Assembly: GCA_965233585.1 (NCBI GenBank) | Contig: CBDDTI010000382.1 | Span: forward strand, 1 to 40,093 | From: a bacterium | Lineage (GTDB): Bacteria > SAR324 > NAC60-12 | DNA: 40,093 bases | Direction: 5' to 3' | In this document: in pieces, positions 11,457-19,254 of the stretch | Layout of the letters: each line of letters starts with the position of its first letter | Numbering within the stretch: position 1 is the first letter of the stretch | The notes under the pieces: model-generated | What the model was told of the DNA's origin: nothing | Databases searched by the model: none | The model's input: only the letters and a program-made list of their open reading frames with translations | Position numbers and translations under genes: made by a program

Positions 11457-12092
11457 TTAAAAAATACTGCTACAGTCATAGATTAAAACGCTGCAACTTT
11501 GAAGTTGAGCAAATCGCCAGCCTGAACCTCTAGTTAACAAATCGTCTTCCCTCTCCACCGATCCAACCAAAAGTGACTTTATCCTATCTCGAATCTGCTC
11601 ATCGCTTTGATATTTGTTGACCGCGACGCCTTTTGACCGTAACGTGAAAGAATCGATGTCGACGCTTTTTCCCTGACTTTCTTCATCTAAACCCTGTATC
11701 TCGTAATCTGCCGTGATTGTTATACTTATTCGACAAACCACCCGATGTGTAAATTGACTTTTAACGAGATTCAACACATTTTCGATCGTTTGCTTAGAGT
11801 TGCAAAAATCTTGCAAAGAGCTTTTTAAGTGAGTCAGTTCTTGTTGGAAAATGCAAACTTTGTCGCCAATGGCTCCTTGCCTTTTAGAAAATACCCTTGA
11901 TTCCGCGTGATTCGAATCTACGTGTGACGATAACTCGTTCTTATCACTGTATTTAAGTTCACAAAACGGGCACTTTCTTAACTTGTCGCGACCACTATGA
12001 TTTGCTTGATTTCTGTGTTTTAATTTTAAATGATTGACAAGACGACTCTTTCTGGAAAACGATATGTGACACGTTTCACACTTGTGCGTCAT
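11457..12092 (-). CDS. pPolB N-terminal region (putative terminal protein) with two C2H2 fingers, present as a separate 211-aa ORF
   Basis: CETC..HLKLKH and CPFC..HVDSNH fingers; RGSGW motif typical of the Polinton pPolB N-terminus; ends TAA-AAA-ATG in frame with the polymerase ORF. Confidence 0.75.
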   Translation of the reverse strand: MTHKCETCHISFSRKSRLVNHLKLKHRNQANHSGRDKLRKCPFCELKYSDKNELSSHVDSNHAESRVFSKRQGAIGDKVCIFQQELTHLKSSLQDFCNSKQTIENVLNLVKSQFTHRVVCRISITITADYEIQGLDEESQGKSVDIDSFTLRSKGVAVNKYQSDEQIRDRIKSLLVGSVEREDDLLTRGSGWRFAQLQSCSVLIYDCSSIF

Positions 12093-12187
12093 TCTTTTTT
12101 TCTCTCGCTTTTAAACTTTTTCTGAAAAAGGAAAAAATGATGTATCTTATAATCTTTAATATATACACACACAAACAATTGTTATAT

Positions 12188-12958
12188 TTACAATAAATTA
12201 TTTGCACTTTCTACAAATTCTTGGACTTCAGTTAAATTTTTTTTATACAGATCGCGTATGGAAGGGTTTAAAAACAAATTTCCCCCTTGCGACTCGTAAA
12301 ATACGAGCAAGGGGGACACCTTACTTAAAATTTTTTTCAATTTTTCCGTAAAAACCTGCGGATCCGGACAGGGGCGGTTTACCCTCAAGTCGAGCCCCTC
12401 ACTAATGACCCCTCCATTTACCGACACGCGCGGTAATCTTACCACCCTTTGCGGTTCGGGGATGACGAGTCGCGGCGGTGCAGCTAGAAGCGGAGTTGTT
12501 ATCGGTGCCGGACGGATCGGCCTTAGCTGAGCCCGCAAAGCCCTCATGTCACACAACATTGGGGATTGCGGGAGGGGCACAGCCGTTGGAGACATAATTG
12601 GTAGTCTCGGTGGAGCCGGAGTTGGGGGGCCCGGCAAAAACAAAGCAGGTTGAAGCGGACGATAGGGAGCCGGCATTGAATAGACCGGTGATGCCACGGG
12701 CGATGGGGAAGGCGGAGGGCTGTAACACACCGGTCTGAACGATGTGTTTGGTGTCGAGGTTAAAAGGGGCTCAGTTCTAATTCGTATAAAGGAAGTGGAA
12801 AGGGAAGCGGGCGGTGAATTCGAAGGCAGCGCGACGGTGGAAGATGCGGACGTGAGCTCGACCGAGACTTGTTCCACTGGTGTCCTTCTTCCCAGTTTTA
12901 TTTGGAAAGGCCCACACCTCTTAAAACCAATCAATCTTGATTCCCTATTTTTTGGCAT
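12188..12958 (-). CDS. Proline-rich, probably disordered protein (256 aa) with a helical C-terminus; function unknown
   Basis: Long GC-rich ORF in AT-rich context, co-oriented with pPolB, with ATG 3 nt downstream of an acceptor-like gctttctag. Confidence 0.7.
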   Translation of the reverse strand: MPKNRESRLIGFKRCGPFQIKLGRRTPVEQVSVELTSASSTVALPSNSPPASLSTSFIRIRTEPLLTSTPNTSFRPVCYSPPPSPSPVASPVYSMPAPYRPLQPALFLPGPPTPAPPRLPIMSPTAVPLPQSPMLCDMRALRAQLRPIRPAPITTPLLAAPPRLVIPEPQRVVRLPRVSVNGGVISEGLDLRVNRPCPDPQVFTEKLKKILSKVSPLLVFYESQGGNLFLNPSIRDLYKKNLTEVQEFVESANNLL

Positions 12959-12992
12959 TGTCTAGAAAGCAGGGTGGTTGAAATCAGGTTTA

Positions 12993-13100
12993 AAATTTTT
13001 TGCGTAAGCTCAATTTTGGGTAAAAAATTTTAAGACTTTGAGCACTTGTTAAATTTTTTTTTTGCGTAAGCTCAATTTGTGTAAAAAATTTTTAGACTTT
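12993..13100. repeat. Imperfect ~48-bp direct repeat x2 in the divergent control region
   Basis: aaatttttt(ttt)gcgtaagctcaattt.g.gtaaaaaatttt.agacttt at 12993-13039 and 13051-13100. Confidence 0.8.
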
Positions 13101-13999
13101 AACCAACTTTATGTTTAAAAATATTTTTAAAAAAACTTCAATGTTTAAAAATTGTAAAGACTTTTTTGTCTACTTACGATTTTTTCAAGTGTCTAAAAGA
13201 TAAAACCAGGATCTTTTCGGTTTCAGTTTAGATTTTGGAATGACTCCTTATCTCAAAAAGGGTCATTCATGTAAACTTTTTAATAGTAGAAAAAAGGCGC
13301 AAAAATTAAACCTGGTTTTTTTCAAAAGATAATTAATTTTGGAGAAAATTTTAACCTTTCTTGTAAATCCTTTTTATCCCCGCAACCTGACGTCAGATTG
13401 TGTTTTCCGTGCAATTTTCCTTTATTTTTGTTCATTTTTCCGCACATGCATTAAGGCTTAAAGCAAAAGCGCCGAAATTGGAGCAAATTAATGACAAGAT
13501 ATGAGACAGTGTGTTTGCTAAAAATTGTTTTTTTTCTTTTAAACAACAGTCAATTTTTTTAGCAGCACACCCATTAAAATAAATCAGCAAAAGGAAAAAA
13601 GATTAATTATTAAAAGATTAACAATCGGGTCTTTGCACCCTTTTTTGCGGTCAAAGAAATAAAGAATGACAATTTTCTGGAAGGAAAATTAGCGTTGAAA
13701 ACCATTAAGCAGAAAAACCATTAGCTCAAGTGAGAAAAAAAGCACGTGCCAAGGAGCAGCATCTAGAAAGGAGAAAAAATTCTCCATTTTACAAAAGATG
13801 CCCTAATTTTAGGTCATTTTACCGACAAAAAAAATTTGAAATGAGCATTTTTAAATTTTTTTCAAACCTTTATAAAAATAATTGCTTTTAGATTTTTCTA
13901 GTTTCTTCTAGAACTTTTTTTGCCTTAAAATGGGTTAAAAAGTTGACCATAATTTCATCGAGAATATTCTAGCATTTGCCATTATACAAGTCAAAATAG

Positions 14000-14007
14000 T
14001 ATAAAAG
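14000..14007 (+). promoter_or_regulatory. Canonical TATA box upstream of the 14089 gene
   Basis: TATAAAAG, 89 nt before the ATG. Confidence 0.55.
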
Positions 14008-14088
14008 CCAATTTGCGCTTTTGGTGAAACACCAATAATAGTTTGACTGGCTTCACATCCACACCTAAGATAAAACATCGGTCGCGTC

Positions 14089-15304
14089 ATGGGTAAACCG
14101 GCTACATCATCTGAAAGCAATGGCAAAGGCAGCAAGACGATCTTGTACAAAAAAAAGGGGAAGTCTGCGCATAAAAAGGTCGCGAAAAAGACACCGTTCG
14201 AAAAAAGCCACGTTGAAAAAACGTCAAAAGTTTACACCAAAGAGCAAAAAAGTAGTAAACTTGCCAAATCCCGTTCGTCATCTGCGAACAAAGGACATAA
14301 GCAATTAGAAGATTCCGACTCAGACATGGAGAAGGATGAGGACATGAGAGACAACGAGAATTCAAGCGATGACGAGTCTGAAGAATCCGGCTCAGAGAAC
14401 ATGCAAGACGGCTCTGATAACGATGATAACGATGTTGAGTCTGATGCTGCCCAAGATGATAACGAGGATGACGATGATGACGAAGATGATGACGATGCTC
14501 CGACTGATATTGAAGAACCGGAGATGGAGGATCAAAGAAAGCCGTTTTGCGCGAAAAAAAGACCAAGGTCCGATTCAGGCAAAAAGAAATTACCCGATTC
14601 AAAGAGGAAAAATTATGTCGAGCCGGAGCCGGTTTCGTCCAAGGTGGATGGGATTAATTTGACAAGGAAAAAGCAAGAGGAGTTGTTTCGACCCTGCAAA
14701 TGGGATCTTAACGAGCGCGTAAAAACCGCGGAGGTAAACTTTTCCAAGTGGCTTGAAAGCCACAGCCATCGCGAACAATATTTTATTGGAGACGACGGGG
14801 TGAGTAAAACAGTTTAGAATCAGCTCAGCGTATTTTTAATTTAAAAAACTTTTCTGCGCTGTTTTGCTCAACAGTACATCTACCCTAATCCAGCCACCAT
14901 GAAAAAGTTTATTGAGGCTTTTAAAAACAAGGAGGTGTCATCGCGATCGGTGAGCTTGCCTTTTGCCCCAATGAGCAAAGTGATTGCATCCAACCCTAGG
15001 ATGGTAATTGGAGTTAGCGGCGTTAGGCATATCCAGCGTGCTGCGGGCCTTAGCGTGTGGCCGGTATTTTACGTCTCTAAAGAGCAGGTAAGGCGAAATA
15101 AAAATGTAAATAGAAAAAAATTGATCGGAAAAATGCGTAAAAAAATCTTTTTTCCCGCAGTATAACGACAACAACAAAAGCCACAGCACCAAGATAATTA
15201 GGATGAATTTTCCTCTGCACAAGTTGGATGAATTTACCGAGGGTATGGTGGAGCTGTGTCAAGGTCTGGATTTTCCCATCAATGCCAAACTCGGCGGCAA
15301 GTGA
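14089..15304 (+). CDS. 3-exon gene (355 aa): basic then acidic N-terminus, C-terminal domain possibly PC4/whirly-like ssDNA-binding
   Basis: Exons 14089-14799, 14875-15087, 15161-15304; phase-0 introns gtgagt..caacag (14800-14874) and gtaagg..cccgcag (15088-15160) join three open frames. The fold call is an inference. Confidence 0.75.
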
Positions 15305-15427
15305 AGATGCGTGTGTGCAACCGCGGCAACAGCCGCGGCAACGGCGGCGACTGCAGCTTTGCTGCAGAACAGAAATCAGATTTGCGGCTTTTTATTAACT
15401 AAAACATTATAGGCAATTCTGTATATT

Positions 15428-15913
15428 CTAATAAAGCTTGACTTGCAAACAATTAACTAAATGTTTGACGCGTTTTTCATTTTCGCGTAAATTAACGGGA
15501 TTAAAAAAAGTGCAAAAGTGCCGCGGATTCGCGTTTGCGTATGCATTGACAAACATGCAGAATGCGGCAGCATACCACCCGCAAAACAATGAATCGAAAG
15601 CTTGAATCGATCGGTCCAAGACATGTCTTATTCTGCCGCAATTTTCCCATTTTTTCAAAAAATGGATGAGGTGGTGATTATAGGCGGGCACGGGTAGTGC
15701 ATAGCTGTCGAAATAATACAAATAGTTTTGCTTATTAATAAAAAAGGCGATGAAATGACTGCCGGGATGGCTTGAAACCGAAAGATTGACGATGGCGCAA
15801 CAGCTAGTGTTCCACAAGTTTGAGGGTATCGTGTCGACTGCAAAGGTGCCGATGAAATTCTTGCAAAGTGGGGATAAAAACCGATCTAGAAATACGTTGC
15901 TCAAACCGGTCAT
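15428..15913 (-). CDS. Adenain-like cysteine maturation protease
   Basis: Catalytic H (GSHFIAF), D (YFDSY), Q and C (IQAFDSLFCGWY). Confidence 0.93.
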   Translation of the reverse strand: MTGLSNVFLDRFLSPLCKNFIGTFAVDTIPSNLWNTSCCAIVNLSVSSHPGSHFIAFFINKQNYLYYFDSYALPVPAYNHHLIHFLKKWENCGRIRHVLDRSIQAFDSLFCGWYAAAFCMFVNAYANANPRHFCTFFNPVNLRENEKRVKHLVNCLQVKLY

Positions 15914-17247
15914 TATCGCTCTTCGGCCCTAACAACTTGGCCGTTCTCCTCTATTTTAATTCCGGAATTAAAAATGCTGTAGGCTAGCAGGTAGATGGGG
16001 TGAGGCTTGGCTGTTTTAAAGCCTAATTCCAAGTCCAACTTGCCTTTTTCGTCGGGGTGAATGTGAAAACTGTTGCAGCGATCGGGGGTCAAATCGGCAG
16101 TTAGAAAACATCTTCCTCTCTTAAAAACCGCGGGCGAAATGTCGCAAGAACTATTTGAAATGCCGAAACCCGTGCTGTCGTACATGTGTCTGTACAGGTC
16201 CATGTAGTTATCATCATCAAAATCCGGCTGAAAAGCTTTTGGGAAGACGCATTGTCCGTTTTTAATAAGATTGAAATAATTAAGATCAAAGTGTTGAAAG
16301 TCGAACGGGTTGAATTTGCTATCGTGCGTCAAGGCTTGGTTGTGAATTAGGGTGAAAATAACTTGTTTGGGCAGTATTTGTGAGGCAATATTGGTAACGG
16401 TGTACGATGTGACGCCGGCTGGAATCACAAAAACCTTCAACTGACTCAGCTTAAAGGGTATATAGCAGGGCTGTTGAGACATTTTCATCCTAAAATGCTT
16501 TCTCTGCTGCTCGACCGGCAAAACTTTTCTCATTTTCAACTTTAAATCCTTTAAAACGATTTTAAAAGATTTGTCATCTTCGGCGTGAAGAATACCAAAT
16601 GTCGGACTGTTTCTAATAAGCTTAATCTTGATGTCGACATTCGGTGGCATATACTTATCCGTATACATAATATCCGCCCCCAATCGAGAGCAGAAATAAA
16701 CTTTTTTGCCGTGAAGTATAAGATTTCGACGGTGTATTAAACGCTGATTTATACCGGGCTCGCAAGCTCCAATATCGTTTTCTTTTTCTTCAAAATAACC
16801 TTCGGCTCTTAGCTGACTCTGTTTGGCCTCTCTATCAAACGACAACTCGGTCTGGATAAAGTTTTTGAAAGGGTAGGAATTTGCCGTGCTCAAGTCGCAG
16901 ACTTGAGTACCGTTAATGTAGATTTCAACCGCGCTAAATAGATTGCTCGCGAAATTATTGGCCAAAAAGACTCGATCGTCGGGTCCGACATTTTCATCCT
17001 TTGCTGTCTTGACAACGAAATGCCCTATTAATCTAGTCTGATCCAGAATGATGGAACACTCTTCGTCTCGCGGGATGATGAATTCGATCGGTCCGGTGTT
17101 TGAAACGCTGGAAACGCTGTTGTAGACCACATCATTGCCTTTTTCAAGGCTTATATCGACCCCGAGCGGCGCGTGCAGATCAAGAGCTTGTTCTGTCAAA
17201 TCGTCCTGCTCGAACCCTAGACCTCCGATGCCGCCCTTTTCAGTCAT
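15913..17247 (-). CDS. Major capsid protein (double jelly-roll), paralog B, 444 aa
   Basis: Polinton MCP-type motifs PIEFxI, LFSAVEIYING, SYPFKNFI, KYMPPNVDIKIKLIR, LPKQVIF, NPFDFQHFDL, DLTPD. Confidence 0.88.
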   Translation of the reverse strand: MTEKGGIGGLGFEQDDLTEQALDLHAPLGVDISLEKGNDVVYNSVSSVSNTGPIEFIIPRDEECSIILDQTRLIGHFVVKTAKDENVGPDDRVFLANNFASNLFSAVEIYINGTQVCDLSTANSYPFKNFIQTELSFDREAKQSQLRAEGYFEEKENDIGACEPGINQRLIHRRNLILHGKKVYFCSRLGADIMYTDKYMPPNVDIKIKLIRNSPTFGILHAEDDKSFKIVLKDLKLKMRKVLPVEQQRKHFRMKMSQQPCYIPFKLSQLKVFVIPAGVTSYTVTNIASQILPKQVIFTLIHNQALTHDSKFNPFDFQHFDLNYFNLIKNGQCVFPKAFQPDFDDDNYMDLYRHMYDSTGFGISNSSCDISPAVFKRGRCFLTADLTPDRCNSFHIHPDEKGKLDLELGFKTAKPHPIYLLAYSIFNSGIKIEENGQVVRAEER

Positions 17248-17316
17248 TGTCGAAAATGCATGCTAGTCTGTAGTTTTCTGTTCTTCTTAAAAAGAGGGAG
17301 TCGGTGGTGTGCAATT

Positions 17317-18657
17317 TTAATATTTTATTTTGGTAACCTGAAGGTTGCTGTCGATGGAAATGGCAGCATTATAAATAGCGTAAGAAATCAGGGTTAGGGG
17401 GGTTCTGGTGGGGGTGTTAAAAGTCAAGTCTAGTTCTAAATTTCCGGGCACTCCGACGTGATTGTGAAAGGATAGGCATTTATCCGGAGTCAAGTCGAAC
17501 GCGAGAAACATCTGACCCCCTGTAAAAGCTTGGGGTGAAATACAATTTCTGCCGCCGACGTTGCTTTGAAAATGGTCGTACAATTCCATATAATCGCCTG
17601 TAAGTATCTTGCATTCTATAGGTCTAGGCATGAGAAGTCTTCCATTGTTTTTTAAAATGACGGATCCTAAATCGGCGTGTTTAAATTTAAAGGGAAATTG
17701 ATCGCTCGGTCCCTTGGCAAAAAGGTCGCTTCGAAGCATGCAGAAAATAATTTGTTGCGGCAACATCTCGCTATTGTTGATGTGATTTGCAGAGAAACTA
17801 AGGGAACCAGACGGGATCAGATAATGCTTCATCTGCGTGTCTTTAAAAGGCAGAAAAAATGGTCGACCTTTTAGCAGTTCGGCGTTTAGCCTGTTTCGCA
17901 CACGCTCGCACGGTAACACTTTTCTCATGCGAAGTTTTAATTCCTTTAAACGAATGCGATAGACTTTGTTCGGATTATCTTGAAGCAGCCCGAAACACGG
18001 GTTGAACCTGCGTAATACAACAGTGATTTCCACATTCGGAGGTAAATATTTGTCGGTGTAAAAAATATCTGCGGGCAAAGTTGAGCTAAAATAAACTTTT
18101 TTGTCGTTTATTATTTTCGCGCGATTCTCCGCGATGCATTGGCACATTTTACCGGTCGTGGTAATATTGTCAAAGCATTTGTCGTGGTGCGTTCGGCAAA
18201 AGCCTTCGGACCGTCCCACATTTGTTAATACATTATTGTTATAGGACAGGAGAAAGTCAATGTGGTGTTTGTACGAATAAGAAAGAGGGGCACTCAAATC
18301 ACATATTTGAGTTCCGTTAAGGTGGACTTCAATTTGCGAGAATAATGCGGCGCAATAATGGTTAGTAATTGTTGGCGTGTCAGTGTCTGTTACACCCTCG
18401 CCGCTGTCGGTCTTTACCACAAAGTAACCCTCTAGCCTTGTCTGATTTAAAACAAAAGCGCATTCGGGGTCGGAAGGAATTGAAAACGTAACATCTTCTA
18501 AATCTTCGACGGGAGTCACGCTATTATATAGCACAGTACGACCTGATATTAAATCCGTGTCTTCGAGGGGGGTCGCATGCGCATTCAAACTATCACCCTG
18601 CAATTCATTGAAATCCACATTTAAACCGCCGACACCGCCATTAATCAACGATGACAT
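17317..18657 (-). CDS. Major capsid protein (double jelly-roll), paralog A, 446 aa
   Basis: Colinear with paralog B: QTRLEGYFVVKT, LFSQIEVHLNGTQICDLS, YTDKYLPPNV, MRKVLP, LPQQIIF, FDLTPDKCLSFHNH. Confidence 0.88.
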   Translation of the reverse strand: MSSLINGGVGGLNVDFNELQGDSLNAHATPLEDTDLISGRTVLYNSVTPVEDLEDVTFSIPSDPECAFVLNQTRLEGYFVVKTDSGEGVTDTDTPTITNHYCAALFSQIEVHLNGTQICDLSAPLSYSYKHHIDFLLSYNNNVLTNVGRSEGFCRTHHDKCFDNITTTGKMCQCIAENRAKIINDKKVYFSSTLPADIFYTDKYLPPNVEITVVLRRFNPCFGLLQDNPNKVYRIRLKELKLRMRKVLPCERVRNRLNAELLKGRPFFLPFKDTQMKHYLIPSGSLSFSANHINNSEMLPQQIIFCMLRSDLFAKGPSDQFPFKFKHADLGSVILKNNGRLLMPRPIECKILTGDYMELYDHFQSNVGGRNCISPQAFTGGQMFLAFDLTPDKCLSFHNHVGVPGNLELDLTFNTPTRTPLTLISYAIYNAAISIDSNLQVTKIKY

Positions 18658-19211
18658 TTTTAGACAACACGGAGCACGTCACTGTCACAAATATAAAGCT
18701 TAGCTGCACAATTATTCTTACGGATGAGGGGCCGTTATCCTTAAATAAAGATGTGACACAAAAAGTTTTTAGTAATTTTACGGTAGTGAGGAAACAATAC
18801 GTCTACACCATTTTCAAGACCCGCGGAAACAACAAATCATATCATGTCAATATTACCAAAGTGCCGTCGCGAGCGGATATAAAAATATCGTTAAGTCTGC
18901 TGACGGACATTATCAGCAATCGTTTCTTTGTGCAAACATGGGAAATAAACAATTTAACTTGTTCCTTTCGTGCGGGCTTTGAGATACCGCTGCCGGACGT
19001 TTTTGATAAACTTCGAAAGGAGAGCTACGTGAAAAAAGTACGCTTCAATCCCGAACGTTTCCCGGGCATGTTTGTGACTTTTGAAGCCAACACGGTTTTA
19101 ATATTTTCCACAGGCAAGATGGTAATCATCGGGGCCAAGTCCGAAGATGCGGTCAAACATAGTTTGGACTTTATTATAGATTTTTTGAAACAATATAAAA
19201 GCGATCGATAG
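18651..19211 (+). CDS. TBP: TATA-binding-protein-like factor (186 aa), intronless
   Basis: Clear C-terminal TBP repeat INNLTCSF..FEIPL..FNPERFPGMFVTF..TVLIFSTGKMVIIGAKSEDAV; divergent N-terminal repeat VTNIKLSC..NFTVVR..YTIF..VNITK. Confidence 0.9.
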   Translation: MTFLDNTEHVTVTNIKLSCTIILTDEGPLSLNKDVTQKVFSNFTVVRKQYVYTIFKTRGNNKSYHVNITKVPSRADIKISLSLLTDIISNRFFVQTWEINNLTCSFRAGFEIPLPDVFDKLRKESYVKKVRFNPERFPGMFVTFEANTVLIFSTGKMVIIGAKSEDAVKHSLDFIIDFLKQYKSDR

Positions 19212-19229
19212 TTGATTTGCGTTTCAGTT
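19194..19229 (+). promoter_or_regulatory. TATA plus initiator core promoter for the TFIIB-like gene
   Basis: TATAAAAG at 19194 and TCAGTT at 19224-19229 (A 32 nt downstream of the first T); ATG at 19255. Confidence 0.65.
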
Positions 19230-19254
19230 TTGCAGCGCGTGCGGAGAAATAAAC

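Noticed and set aside
11451..11466. Programmed ribosomal frameshift at the T6A6 run joining TP and Pol
   Set aside because: The two ORFs are in the same frame, so a shift would not join them; only readthrough, re-initiation or splicing could.
14102..14662. Alternative-frame and antisense ORFs (also 12744-12965, 19974-20315, 22302-22613, 6399-6587)
   Set aside because: Shadows of well-supported genes in low-complexity or GC-richer sequence.
17248..17316. Shared late-promoter motif upstream of structural genes
   Set aside because: I found no convincing common motif by eye; this needs TSS data and multiple elements.
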